From NCBI GenBank assembly GCA_007280905.1, contig QYQM01000001.1, positions 37,037 through 101,036 on the forward strand: a DNA stretch of 64,000 nt. The letters are read 5' to 3'. The DNA is from Porphyromonadaceae bacterium. GTDB lineage: Bacteria > Bacteroidota > Bacteroidia > Bacteroidales > UBA12481. Of the stretch, positions 46,063 to 58,033 are shown piece after piece. Within the stretch, counting starts at the first letter, position 1; every line of letters starts with the position of its first letter. The notes under the pieces are model-generated. The model ran no database searches, was not told the DNA's origin, and saw nothing but the letters and a program-made list of their open reading frames with translations. Both the position numbers and the translations under genes were made by a program.

Positions 46063-47709
46063 ATGGAAAAACAATTTATCGTCAGTGCCCGTAAATATCG
46101 ACCAGATAGTTTTGAAACTGTTATTGGCCAGCCTTCGATTACCCGTACCCTCAAGAATGCTATTGCAGGCAACCATCTGGCCCATGCATACCTGTTCACT
46201 GGTCCGAGGGGGGTGGGAAAGACTACCTGTGCGAGAATTTTTGCGAAGACCATCAACTGTAGCAATCTGACTTCTGATACAGAAGCCTGCAATGTATGCG
46301 AGGCCTGTCTTACTTTCCAGGAGAGCCGGTCATTTAATATTCATGAACTCGATGCAGCTTCCAACAACCATGTCGAGGATATTCGTAATCTGATTGAACA
46401 GGTGAGAATCCCTCCCCAGATGGGTAAGTACAGCGTTTATATTATTGATGAGGTTCACATGCTCTCACAGGCAGCTTTCAATGCCTTCCTGAAAACACTG
46501 GAGGAGCCTCCCGCTCACGCAATATTTATTCTGGCCACCACGGAAAAACACAAAATTCTGCCAACCATTTTATCACGCTGCCAGGTTTTTGATTTCCACA
46601 GAATCCAGATCCGGGATATAATTGCTCAATTACAGCGTATTGCCGATAAGGAAGGCATTGCTACCGAAAATTCTGCCCTGAATATCATTGCTCAGAAAGC
46701 AGATGGTGCAATGAGGGACGCCCTTTCGATTTTTGATCAGGTAGTCAGTTTTTGCGGTACCGAGGTCACCTATCAACAGGTAATAGATCATTTGAATGTT
46801 CTCGATTACGAATACTATTTTCAGCTGACTGAACTGTTTCTTGCCGGTGAATTTAAGCAGGCACTCCTGGTTTTTAACCGCATTCTGGAAGAAGGTTTTG
46901 ATGGACACAATTTTATTTCCGGACTTTCTACTCATTTCAGAGACCTATTAGTTAGCAGAGATCCTCAAACAATTGAATTACTAGAAGTTGGAGAAGAAAT
47001 TGGCAGAAGGTATCAGCAAATGTCATCTTCGTGTTCAATAAACTTCCTGTATGAGGGATTGAAGATATTGAATGGCTGCGATTTATCCTTTAAGCAGGCT
47101 AAAGATCCGCGATTAATGGTGGAACTGGCTTTGATGAGTTTAGCCAGGATCCAGGAAATGCCGGCAGAAACGCCGAAACCCGCTATAAAACCTGCCATTC
47201 AACCGCAATCTCAGCAAGTTCCTCCACGCAGCCCGAAAGGGCAAATGACCCGGCTCAGTGACTTGCAACCAAGGAAACTAGTTCCAACTGAGATTTCTGC
47301 CACCATCCCAGTACCCCCGGAACTTAAGAAAGAACAAAAGGAACCTGATGAACTTACCGGTACGCTTCTGAAATCTTACTGGATGGAGTTCGCAGAACAG
47401 CTGAAAGACGATCAGCCGAGGTTATACAGCACCCTGACTACTCAAATACCAGATCTTTCTCCGGACAAGAAGATCATATTGAAATTAAATAATCCTTTAC
47501 AGGAGAAGGCAATCCGGAGTATTCAAACAGAATTGCTGCAATTTCTCCGGGACCGGTCGGGCCATAGTGATCTTGAAATACAGACAGCTGTTCCTGAGGA
47601 GCATGCTGAAAAAAAGCTCTACACCCAGGAGGAAAAATACCAACATCTGCAAAAGAAAAACCCGGATCTTGATCTTTTTCGGCAATCTTTGAATCTGGAA
47701 TTGGAATAG
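46063..47709 (+). CDS. dnaX: DNA polymerase III subunit gamma/tau
   Basis: MEKQFIVSARKYRPDSFETVIGQ, GPRGVGKTTCARIFAK, the Zn module CNVCEAC, and IIDEVHMLS. I prefer the ATG at 46063 over the TTG at 46039. Confidence 0.93.
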   Translation: MEKQFIVSARKYRPDSFETVIGQPSITRTLKNAIAGNHLAHAYLFTGPRGVGKTTCARIFAKTINCSNLTSDTEACNVCEACLTFQESRSFNIHELDAASNNHVEDIRNLIEQVRIPPQMGKYSVYIIDEVHMLSQAAFNAFLKTLEEPPAHAIFILATTEKHKILPTILSRCQVFDFHRIQIRDIIAQLQRIADKEGIATENSALNIIAQKADGAMRDALSIFDQVVSFCGTEVTYQQVIDHLNVLDYEYYFQLTELFLAGEFKQALLVFNRILEEGFDGHNFISGLSTHFRDLLVSRDPQTIELLEVGEEIGRRYQQMSSSCSINFLYEGLKILNGCDLSFKQAKDPRLMVELALMSLARIQEMPAETPKPAIKPAIQPQSQQVPPRSPKGQMTRLSDLQPRKLVPTEISATIPVPPELKKEQKEPDELTGTLLKSYWMEFAEQLKDDQPRLYSTLTTQIPDLSPDKKIILKLNNPLQEKAIRSIQTELLQFLRDRSGHSDLEIQTAVPEEHAEKKLYTQEEKYQHLQKKNPDLDLFRQSLNLELE

Positions 47710-47781
47710 CCCGGCCTGACAATAATTCAGATGATCGGGTTTGGCTTATGAATTGACTACGAAAACAAGAAAAACATAGAA

Positions 47782-50700
47782 ATGTCTATAATAAACAGTT
47801 TAATATCAGGTTTTTTTGGGAATAAATCTGATAAAGATTACAAAAATGCTCTTCCTGTCGTTGAACAGGTAAATGCTTTTACGGCTGAACTGATTAATCT
47901 GTCGAATGATGAATTGAGGGATCGCTCAGCTGCCATGCGACAGGCCATCAAAGAACATATTAAGGATGAGGAGCAGGAAATCAGCGAAATCAAGGCGAAA
48001 ATTGAAGCTGACGAGATTCCTATGGAGGACCGGGAGAAAGCTTTTATTCATATTGACAAGCTTGAAGTACAGATTAAGGAAAAGCTGGAATTGAAACTTA
48101 ATGAGTTGCTTCCCCTTGTGTTTGCCATAGTGAAGGAAACTGCCCGTCGTTTCAAGGAGAATGAGGTGCTGGTGGTTACACCCCGCGATTATGACCGGGA
48201 TCTGGCGGCACAGCGTGATGGTATTGAAATAATGGGTGATAAAGCAATCTGGAAAAACCATTGGATGGCTGGAGGGAATGAGATTACCTGGGACATGGTT
48301 CATTATGATGTCCAGTTGATTGGGGGCCTCAACCTTCACCAGGGAAAAATTGCCGAGATGGCAACAGGGGAAGGTAAAACTCTCGTAGCCACCCTTCCTG
48401 TGTTTCTTAATGCCTTACCTGGCAGAGGTGTTCATATCGTAACCGTTAACGATTATCTGGCTAAGCGTGACTCCGAATGGATGGGGCCGATTTTTCAATT
48501 CCACGGATTAACTGTCGATTGCATCGACAGACATCAACCAAACTCTGAAGCGCGCCGATCGGCCTATCTGGCTGATATTACTTTTGGTACCAATAACGAA
48601 TTTGGTTTCGATTACCTTCGTGACAATATGGCCATATCCCCTGACGATCTGGTGCAACGGGGTCATAACTATGCAATTGTTGATGAGGTTGACTCGGTAC
48701 TTATTGATGATGCCCGTACCCCTCTGATCATTTCAGGACCAGTGCCTAAAGGTGAAGATCAACTCTTCGGGGAATTGAAACCACGTGTGGTGAAACTGGT
48801 AAATGCACAAAGAAATATTTTTAACGAGACCTTTACCCAGGCTAAAAAGCTCATCGCTGAGCAAAATGAACAAGAAGGCGGAAAACTCTTGCTAAGAGCA
48901 CATAAAGGCCTTCCTAAAACCAAGGCTCTGATCAAGTATTTGAGCGAAGAGGGAATGAAGGCCCTCATGCATAAAACAGAGAATGTGTATATGCAGGAGA
49001 ACAGCAAAAATATGCACATCGTAACGGATGACCTCTTTTTCGTTATCGATGAAAAGAATAATTCGGTTGAGCTGACGGAAAAAGGTATCGACATGATCAC
49101 CGGCGATGGTGAGGATCCGGAATTCTTTGTGCTTCCTGATATTGGAGTTGAAATGGCCGAGATTGAAAGAACTTCTAAGGATGACAATGAAATTTTGCGT
49201 CGTAAAGATGATCTGATACGTGAATTCTCGGTGAAATCAGAACGCGTTCATACGATTAACCAACTCCTGAAGGCTTATACCATTTTTGAAAAGGATGTCG
49301 AATACGTCCTGATTGATAATAAAGTTAAGATTGTTGATGAACAAACCGGCCGTATTATGGAAGGCCGGAGATATTCTGATGGTCTTCACCAGGCTATCGA
49401 ATCAAAGGAAAACGTTAAAGTTGAAGCGGCTACCCAGACTTTTGCCACGATTACCCTCCAGAACTATTTCCGTATGTACCATAAGCTGTCGGGGATGACC
49501 GGTACTGCTGAAACAGAAGCTGGTGAGCTCTGGAGTATATATAAACTTGAAGTCGTTGTAACACCAACCAACAGGAAAATCATCCGGGATGACCGTGAAG
49601 ATCTTGTTTATAAAACGAAAAGGGAAAAATACAACGCGGTTATCGAGGAAATCGCCGCTATAGTAAATAACGGACGTGCTGTGCTGGTCGGTACCACCTC
49701 GGTTGAGATTTCTGAATTGTTAAGCCGGATGTTGAAGATCCGGGGAATCAAGCATAATGTACTGAATGCCAAACTGCACCAGCGTGAGGCGGAAATTGTT
49801 CTCGGTGCAGGACAGCCAGGTGCGGTAACCATTGCAACCAACATGGCCGGTAGGGGAACCGACATCAAACTGCATCCAACTGTAAGAGATGCAGGAGGTT
49901 TGGCCATTTTGGGAACAGAACGCCATGAATCACGCCGTGTCGACCGTCAGTTGAGGGGCCGTGCCGGCCGTCAGGGCGACCCGGGAAGTTCTCAGTTCTT
50001 TGTTTCTCTTGAAGATGACCTGATGCGCTTATTCGGGTCCGACCGGATCGCGAAGATGATGGACCGCCTGGGGTTGAAAGAGGGTGAAGTTATTCAGCAT
50101 TCGATGATTACCAAGTCGATCCAGCGTGCCCAGACAAAAGTTGAGGAAAACAACTTTGGGATCCGCAAGAGGCTGCTGGAATATGATGATGTGATGAACA
50201 ATCAGCGCGAGGTTGTTTACGGCCGCCGCCGTCATGCCCTGTATGGTGAAAGGATCGAGATAGACATAGCTAACATGATGTTCGATCTGAGCTCTACGGT
50301 TGTTGAAGAAAATAAGGATAATGAGGATTTTGATTCATTCAGGCTCGACCTGATCCGCTACCTGGCCGTTGATTCACCGGTATCCGAGTCGGAATTTCAT
50401 GAATTAAAGACAGATCAGGTCAGTCAAAAACTGAATGAAAAATTATTAAAAGCCTTCGAAGGTAAGAATAACTACATGGCCCAGCAGGCATGGCCGGTTA
50501 TAAAGGATGTTTATGAACGTGCGTCGCATCAGTATGAGAATATCATGGTGCCGATAACTGACGGGCAAAAGACCATCCATATCAGCACAAACCTGCGTAA
50601 ATCTTATGAAACTAAAAACAGGGAACTGGTCAAAGCTTTTGAAAAAGCAGTTATATTGGCAACGATTGATGATGCGTGGAAAGAACATCTTCGCGAAATG

Positions 50701-51105
50701 GATGATCTGAAACAGTCTGTCCAGAATGCCAGTTACGAGCAAAAGGATCCGCTTTTGATTTATAAACTGGAATCCTTTGACCTTTTCAAAAATATGATCG
50801 ATAAGGTTAACAAGGAAGTGATCTCCATGCTGATGAAGGGACAGATTCCGATCAGCCAGCCTGAACAGGTAAAACAAGCGCAAGCTCGTCAGAAACTGGA
50901 TATGAGTAAGTATCAAACCAGTAAAACGGATATGCCTTCGTACAGTCCCGGATCATCAACAGTTCCCGGAGGACCGCCACCTCCTAAACAGGTTCAGCAG
51001 ATACGGGTTGAGAAAAAAATTGGCCGTAATGATCCCTGCCCGTGCGGAAGCGGCAAAAAATACAAGCAATGCCACGGCCGGGCGGAACTACAGGGAATGG
51101 CCTGA
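47782..51105 (+). CDS. secA: Preprotein translocase ATPase SecA
   Basis: 1107 aa with [33 protein letters not shown], and the C-terminal Zn finger [14 protein letters not shown]. Confidence 0.97.
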   Translation: MSIINSLISGFFGNKSDKDYKNALPVVEQVNAFTAELINLSNDELRDRSAAMRQAIKEHIKDEEQEISEIKAKIEADEIPMEDREKAFIHIDKLEVQIKEKLELKLNELLPLVFAIVKETARRFKENEVLVVTPRDYDRDLAAQRDGIEIMGDKAIWKNHWMAGGNEITWDMVHYDVQLIGGLNLHQGKIAEMATGEGKTLVATLPVFLNALPGRGVHIVTVNDYLAKRDSEWMGPIFQFHGLTVDCIDRHQPNSEARRSAYLADITFGTNNEFGFDYLRDNMAISPDDLVQRGHNYAIVDEVDSVLIDDARTPLIISGPVPKGEDQLFGELKPRVVKLVNAQRNIFNETFTQAKKLIAEQNEQEGGKLLLRAHKGLPKTKALIKYLSEEGMKALMHKTENVYMQENSKNMHIVTDDLFFVIDEKNNSVELTEKGIDMITGDGEDPEFFVLPDIGVEMAEIERTSKDDNEILRRKDDLIREFSVKSERVHTINQLLKAYTIFEKDVEYVLIDNKVKIVDEQTGRIMEGRRYSDGLHQAIESKENVKVEAATQTFATITLQNYFRMYHKLSGMTGTAETEAGELWSIYKLEVVVTPTNRKIIRDDREDLVYKTKREKYNAVIEEIAAIVNNGRAVLVGTTSVEISELLSRMLKIRGIKHNVLNAKLHQREAEIVLGAGQPGAVTIATNMAGRGTDIKLHPTVRDAGGLAILGTERHESRRVDRQLRGRAGRQGDPGSSQFFVSLEDDLMRLFGSDRIAKMMDRLGLKEGEVIQHSMITKSIQRAQTKVEENNFGIRKRLLEYDDVMNNQREVVYGRRRHALYGERIEIDIANMMFDLSSTVVEENKDNEDFDSFRLDLIRYLAVDSPVSESEFHELKTDQVSQKLNEKLLKAFEGKNNYMAQQAWPVIKDVYERASHQYENIMVPITDGQKTIHISTNLRKSYETKNRELVKAFEKAVILATIDDAWKEHLREMDDLKQSVQNASYEQKDPLLIYKLESFDLFKNMIDKVNKEVISMLMKGQIPISQPEQVKQAQARQKLDMSKYQTSKTDMPSYSPGSSTVPGGPPPPKQVQQIRVEKKIGRNDPCPCGSGKKYKQCHGRAELQGMA

Positions 51106-51987
51106 TAAATTTGTTTTCAGATAATCCCGGATCCGGATGCTCAATGCTTCGGATACCGGAGTTAATGGCAATCTTACATTTTCATCACAGAAACCCATGT
51201 GATGCAAAGCGGCCTTGATACCTGCCGGACTGCCTTCGGCAAAGATGAGTTGTATAAGTTCCAGCATTTCGTAATGCAGCTTTTGAGCCTTGCCAAGATT
51301 TCTTTCGTCCATTGCACTGACCATCTGGCTCATACGGTCGGGACAAGCATTGGCAATCACCGAAATAACCCCTTCTGCTCCCAGGGAAAGAATAGGCAGC
51401 GTCAGAGCATCATCTCCCGATAATAATGCGAAGCCTTTAGGACGATCGCGGAGAATGGCCATAATCTGATCGAAATTACCGCTGGCTTCTTTGGTGGCAA
51501 TAATGTTTTTTTTATCCCGGGCAAGGCGAAGTGTGGTATCAGCCGAAATATTTGATCCGGTTCGCCCGGGTACATTATAGAGAATCACCGGAACCGGGCT
51601 GCAATCAGCTATCGCCTCAAAGTGCTTGTAAAGTCCGGATTGATTGGGTTTATTGTAATAAGGTGCTACGTTCAGCAGATAGTTGATCCCTTTAAAGGAT
51701 TGTTCTCCGATCTGTTTGACTAAAGTACGTGTATCATTGCCGCCAATCCCCAGTACCACAGGCTTTCGTCCATTATTGGTTTCGAGAATGACGCGCACGA
51801 TTTCCAGTTTTTCATCCTTATCCAGGGTTGGTGTTTCGGCAGTTGTTCCCAGAGCTACCAGAAAATCAATCCCTTTGGATATCGTAAATTCAGTTACCCG
51901 TTTCAATGCCGGATAATCAACATTACCATTGTTGGCAAATGGGGTGACCAGGGCTACCCCGGCACCCCGAATTGGGGTGGTTTGCAT
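51088..51987 (-). CDS. dapA: 4-hydroxy-tetrahydrodipicolinate synthase
   Basis: 299 aa with [30 protein letters not shown] and the Schiff-base Lys context IIATKEASG. Its 3' end overlaps the secA 3' end by 18 nt. Confidence 0.92.
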   Translation of the reverse strand: MQTTPIRGAGVALVTPFANNGNVDYPALKRVTEFTISKGIDFLVALGTTAETPTLDKDEKLEIVRVILETNNGRKPVVLGIGGNDTRTLVKQIGEQSFKGINYLLNVAPYYNKPNQSGLYKHFEAIADCSPVPVILYNVPGRTGSNISADTTLRLARDKKNIIATKEASGNFDQIMAILRDRPKGFALLSGDDALTLPILSLGAEGVISVIANACPDRMSQMVSAMDERNLGKAQKLHYEMLELIQLIFAEGSPAGIKAALHHMGFCDENVRLPLTPVSEALSIRIRDYLKTNLSGHSL

Positions 51988-51988
51988 A

Positions 51989-52585
51989 TTAGAAAAGCTT
52001 AAAAGATTCAGATTGAGGCTTGAAATCCTGCCGGTTTTGAATCGATTGAAGGTACTTTAAGAGGTTGTCCGTGAGATAGGGCAAATCTGTCCGTTCTTTC
52101 AAACCGATCTCGAAATCAAACACACCTCGGCAAAAACCTTTGGGTCCGGCATACATTTTAGCCTGAGATTGCCATAAAACAGATTGGAGGGTGAAATTTT
52201 CCTCGGTTTCGAGATAGAAGACAATGTCAAAAGCATTGGCAGTGAAATGCTTAAACTGCTCCTTTTTAGGAGACCTGAACAGGGATAATTCTTCCTGGCA
52301 GATAAGCTCAAGGGGCATTCCGGGAAAATTTTTCTCGTAATCGAAAGGGTTGAATTCTTTTCTTTTATCCGGGATGATTAATAATACATGGCAACGCCGG
52401 TCTTGCCGGTGAATTGCCTTTGCAAATTGGACGACCGGGGGCATGTTTTCGGATTTCCGCAGATCCGCGAGAATACCGATACTCTTGGCTTCTTTCAAAG
52501 GAATAAAGGCCTTTTTACTGCGAATCCGGTGGAAATGAGCCAATAGCCTTGGAATTAAAAATATCCGTTGAATGAATGAGATCAT
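51989..52585 (-). CDS. Conserved hypothetical protein (between dapA and ligA)
   Basis: 198-aa ORF tightly packed in the ligA-dapA operon (4-nt and 1-nt spacers). I recognise no motif. Confidence 0.55.
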   Translation of the reverse strand: MISFIQRIFLIPRLLAHFHRIRSKKAFIPLKEAKSIGILADLRKSENMPPVVQFAKAIHRQDRRCHVLLIIPDKRKEFNPFDYEKNFPGMPLELICQEELSLFRSPKKEQFKHFTANAFDIVFYLETEENFTLQSVLWQSQAKMYAGPKGFCRGVFDFEIGLKERTDLPYLTDNLLKYLQSIQNRQDFKPQSESFKLF

Positions 52586-52589
52586 AGCG

Positions 52590-54816
<2,227 letters not shown>

Positions 54817-54857
54817 TGCAAGTATTAACCATTAGGTTCGGAATAAACCTTAAGGAG

Positions 54858-56822
54858 ATGACCAGATTAAATTATACCATTTTTCTGATTTCGGTTCTGG
54901 CAAGGTGCCTGTTCAGCAGTAATGATACCCTGTTGGCTCAATCTATTGAGGTACAGCTGGATGAGGTTCAGATCATGGGATCCAGAAAAAGTTCTTACAC
55001 CACCGACCTCCATACGGTAAAGATTGATACCATACTAAAAACCAAATACTTCGGTTCTGATTTATCACAGATCCTTAAGAATGAGACAAATCTGAATATC
55101 ACACAATATGGAGGGCAAGGTTCACTGGCTTCGATACGGCTGAGAGGTTCAGCACCTTCTCAAACCCAGATCAACTGGAATGGGATACCGGTAAACAGCC
55201 CGACAACGGGTAGTATCGATCTGTCGCTGTTATCAGGGGGAATGGCAGATGCAATTGAGATTGCCTATGGAGCCTGCGGATCACTCTTTGGAAATGGAAC
55301 TTTCGGAGGATCAATTAACCTGTTTAACAATCCTGATTGGGAAAACCGCATATCTGTAAACCTGGCCGGAGAAGCGGGGTCGTGGAATCATTACAAATCA
55401 GGTATCAGCCTTCGCACCGGCAATAATTCCTGGCAATATCACCTGACCGGATTGTACCAGACAAGCCCGAATACCTATCGCTTCCATAATACATTCAAAG
55501 AGGGTAATCCGATTGAATACCGGATGAATGACTCTATGAACCTGCTGACTTTTCAACAGCACATTTTTCTCCGGTTACCTCATAACTGGTTCTTCCAATA
55601 TGGCGCATGGTACCATAACCGTGATAAACAACTGCCGGCCTCAATGAGTTCGACACCCGTATTTACTGCATTCCAGAGAGATCAAAGTATCCGGCAATTT
55701 GTAAGGGCCACTAAATGGTATCGTAGATCCTCTGTTGAAATGGTTGCCGCTTATTTTACTGACAGCCTGTTGTATGCTGAAAAAATATCTAAAACAGACT
55801 CGATAGTAAAACTATCCGGAATCCGGTCATCCGATTCTTACCTGAGTATTTATCATCGTTGGTTCATTTCAAACAATCTGACGTTGGAGAATGGGGCCGA
55901 CTTTGAATACCAAACTGCTAAAGTTGAGGCTTATAACGGTTTAGCTGATGAATCGCGCGGAGCATTTTTCAGCTTGCTGAAATTCATGATTAAGCAATTC
56001 TCGGCTAATCTTTCGTACAGGCAGGTGTTTTATTCCATGACCGGGCCCAAACCGCTCTTTTCAGCGGCATTTCAATATCACCTGCCGGTTAATGGATTTT
56101 CTTTTAAGGGCCAGATTTCAAATAAGTTCAGGTTTCCAACCTTGAATGACCGGTTTTGGCAACCAGGCGGCAACCCCGGACTGCTGCCTGAAACGGGCAT
56201 AGGGTACGACCTCGGGTTTGTCTGGGATGCTGCAAGTCACACAAAATCAAGTATTAAACTGAGTTCCTTACTATTCATTCAGCAGATTAACAACTGGATA
56301 CAGTGGGTGCCAACCAGCACTTACTGGTCGCCCCAGAATATCAGGCAGGTGAAATGCCAGGGCCTTGAGCTGAATATTACCGGCCGTTGGAAAATTGGAA
56401 CTGTAGGTTTGGATGCCAAAACCATGTACGCCTATACAGAAAGCTTTGACATGAGTCTTCCGGCGGCAGAAAAAAGATATCATCGCCAATTGGCTTATGT
56501 TCCATTCCATCTGCTTAAAATTCAGACTGGTATTAATTTCCATGGGTTTGAGGCAACAATGAGTTATAAATTTACCGGACGACGATTTACATCAGATGAT
56601 CATGACCCCTGGCTGGATCTGAATCCCTACCATCTGGCCGACTTTTCGATCGGTTATACTTTTTTAACGAAGAAGGATAAGATAATTCTCAAGGGAAATA
56701 TTTCTAACCTGTTCGATACCAGTTACCAATTGATACGTGCGTATCCCGCTCCCGGGAGATCATTCTATTTATCTATAAATTATTTATTTAATCAAAAAAT
56801 CAGCAAAGATGATGAGAAGTAA
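54858..56822 (+). CDS. btuB: TonB-dependent receptor, BtuB-like (riboswitch-controlled)
   Basis: Start at MTRLNYTIFLISV, preceded by AAGGAG, with a plug (ASIRLRGSAPSQTQINWNGIPVNS) and a barrel. The B12 role is inferred from the upstream riboswitch. Confidence 0.8.
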   Translation: MTRLNYTIFLISVLARCLFSSNDTLLAQSIEVQLDEVQIMGSRKSSYTTDLHTVKIDTILKTKYFGSDLSQILKNETNLNITQYGGQGSLASIRLRGSAPSQTQINWNGIPVNSPTTGSIDLSLLSGGMADAIEIAYGACGSLFGNGTFGGSINLFNNPDWENRISVNLAGEAGSWNHYKSGISLRTGNNSWQYHLTGLYQTSPNTYRFHNTFKEGNPIEYRMNDSMNLLTFQQHIFLRLPHNWFFQYGAWYHNRDKQLPASMSSTPVFTAFQRDQSIRQFVRATKWYRRSSVEMVAAYFTDSLLYAEKISKTDSIVKLSGIRSSDSYLSIYHRWFISNNLTLENGADFEYQTAKVEAYNGLADESRGAFFSLLKFMIKQFSANLSYRQVFYSMTGPKPLFSAAFQYHLPVNGFSFKGQISNKFRFPTLNDRFWQPGGNPGLLPETGIGYDLGFVWDAASHTKSSIKLSSLLFIQQINNWIQWVPTSTYWSPQNIRQVKCQGLELNITGRWKIGTVGLDAKTMYAYTESFDMSLPAAEKRYHRQLAYVPFHLLKIQTGINFHGFEATMSYKFTGRRFTSDDHDPWLDLNPYHLADFSIGYTFLTKKDKIILKGNISNLFDTSYQLIRAYPAPGRSFYLSINYLFNQKISKDDEK

Positions 56823-57879
56823 ATTGACTGTGTGTCTAGTTTTCGGAGCCTTATTTCTGGCTTCATGTGGCAAAGAGAATCCTGCAGGTGATAGTGATGC
56901 CGGATTTCTGCATGGTGCCTATATAACTAATGAAGGAGCTTTTGGTAACAGTAATGGTTCAGTCAGCTATTTCGATACCGACTCAGCCTACATGATCAAC
57001 CATGTTTTTGAATCGGTTAATGGGCGTCCGTTGGGTGATGTGGTGCAATCGGTTTCAATTGCCGGTGATAAAGCGTTTATCGTGGTAAATAATTCGCAAA
57101 AAGTGGAAGTTGTTGATCTGAAAACCTTTGAATCTATTGGTGTTATAGATGGCCTTGAATACCCCAGATCTTTCCTGGCTATTAATGATCAAAAAGGGTA
57201 TCTCACCGATGGCAATTTCAATGGACGTGTTTATGTAATAGATTTGGAATCACTTAAAATTACAGATACGATTCCTTGCGGTTCAGGTCCGGAAAAAATG
57301 ATCCCCTATGAACAAACCGTCCTGGTTGCCAATTCAGGGGGGTGGGGTAATGACAGTACCCTTACGGTTATTGATACGGGAACTGATAAGGTTTCCGATA
57401 CCTGGGTCGTTGGGATGAATCCGGCAGATTTGGTGCTGGACAAGGACAACCAACTTTGGATTCTGTGTGTAGGAAAGGTTGTTTGGAACCCGGATTGGAC
57501 CATCGGAGAAGAAACCTCATCATCTTTGGTCGTTTTGGACCCGGTATCGGGGAAATTGAAACAAACCGTAAATATTGGTTCAGTGGGCGACTTTTATTGG
57601 CCGCTACGGATCGGAATCAATAAGAACAAAGACCGGATTTATTACCTGGAGGCAGGAGGAATCTATTCAATAAGCAGCAGTGGCAGCAGCAGTGGCAGTC
57701 AGCCAGTGATTTCCAAAAACCTGTATGGTTTTGGGATCGATCCAGAAACTGACCTGATTTATGCACTTTATGCTCCATCGTTTACCACTTCAGGTTGGAT
57801 GTTCAGGTATAAACCCGATGGACTTCGGCTGGATTCATTAGAGGTAGGCATCGGACCCAGCCAAATAGTTTTTAATTAG
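56809..57879 (+). CDS. Surface lipoprotein beta-propeller (YncE/DUF5074-like), candidate BtuG-type B12-capture protein
   Basis: 356 aa with lipobox FLASCG and the repeated propeller pattern GAYITNEGAFGNSNGSVSYFD... It overlaps the btuB-like 3' end by 14 nt. The BtuG analogy rests on position and fold type only. Confidence 0.55.
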   Translation: MMRSKLTVCLVFGALFLASCGKENPAGDSDAGFLHGAYITNEGAFGNSNGSVSYFDTDSAYMINHVFESVNGRPLGDVVQSVSIAGDKAFIVVNNSQKVEVVDLKTFESIGVIDGLEYPRSFLAINDQKGYLTDGNFNGRVYVIDLESLKITDTIPCGSGPEKMIPYEQTVLVANSGGWGNDSTLTVIDTGTDKVSDTWVVGMNPADLVLDKDNQLWILCVGKVVWNPDWTIGEETSSSLVVLDPVSGKLKQTVNIGSVGDFYWPLRIGINKNKDRIYYLEAGGIYSISSSGSSSGSQPVISKNLYGFGIDPETDLIYALYAPSFTTSGWMFRYKPDGLRLDSLEVGIGPSQIVFN

Positions 57880-57900
57880 GCGGACAAAGGTGGACCCGGA

Positions 57901-57941
57901 GTAGCGTGACGAGATCCCGGCCTTCGCCGGGATGACAAGTG
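57901..57941 (-). repeat. GC-rich hairpin repeat (REP-like), copy 3, inverted
   Basis: The reverse complement CACTTGTCATCCCGGCGAAGGCCGGGATCTCGTCACGCTAC has a perfect 8-bp stem ATCCCGGC/GCCGGGAT (57914-57933) with a 4-nt loop. Confidence 0.8.
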
Positions 57942-57953
57942 TACCTGGAAGCC

Positions 57954-57981
57954 CACTGCCCACTGCCTAGTGCCCACTGCC
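57954..57981 (+). repeat. CACTGCC micro-repeat
   Basis: CACTGCC at 57954, 57961 and 57975, with a TAGTGCC variant in between, immediately beside REP-like copy 3. Confidence 0.6.
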
Positions 57982-57998
57982 TTCTGCTAAAAAATTTC

Positions 57999-58006
57999 TA
58001 CTTTTG
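57999..58006 (+). promoter_or_regulatory. Bacteroidota -7 promoter box for protease gene
   Basis: TACTTTTG, 28 nt before the ATG at 58034. Confidence 0.4.
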
Positions 58007-58033
58007 ACGGATATTTCAGACACAGGGGAGTTC

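Noticed and set aside
47608-47617. A-AAA-AAG heptamer in dnaX, identical to the E. coli dnaX -1 frameshift slippery site
   Set aside because: It lies about 32 codons before the natural stop. A -1 shift would replace the tail with about 20 other residues and would not produce a gamma-like truncated product. I saw no downstream stem-loop. It is probably coincidental.
51088-51105. 18-nt convergent overlap of the secA and dapA 3' ends. Also the TGATCA at 19995-20000, where two convergent genes share abutting stop codons
   Set aside because: Both are real in the sequence but are an ordinary consequence of tight packing. There is no hairpin or other signal in the overlap, so I see no evidence of a regulatory role.
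57672-57697. AGCAGCAGTGGC tandem duplication encoding SSSGSSSGS in the BtuG-like lipoprotein
   Set aside because: It is a short in-frame Ser/Gly loop duplication and is likely neutral, so it is not worth a separate finding.
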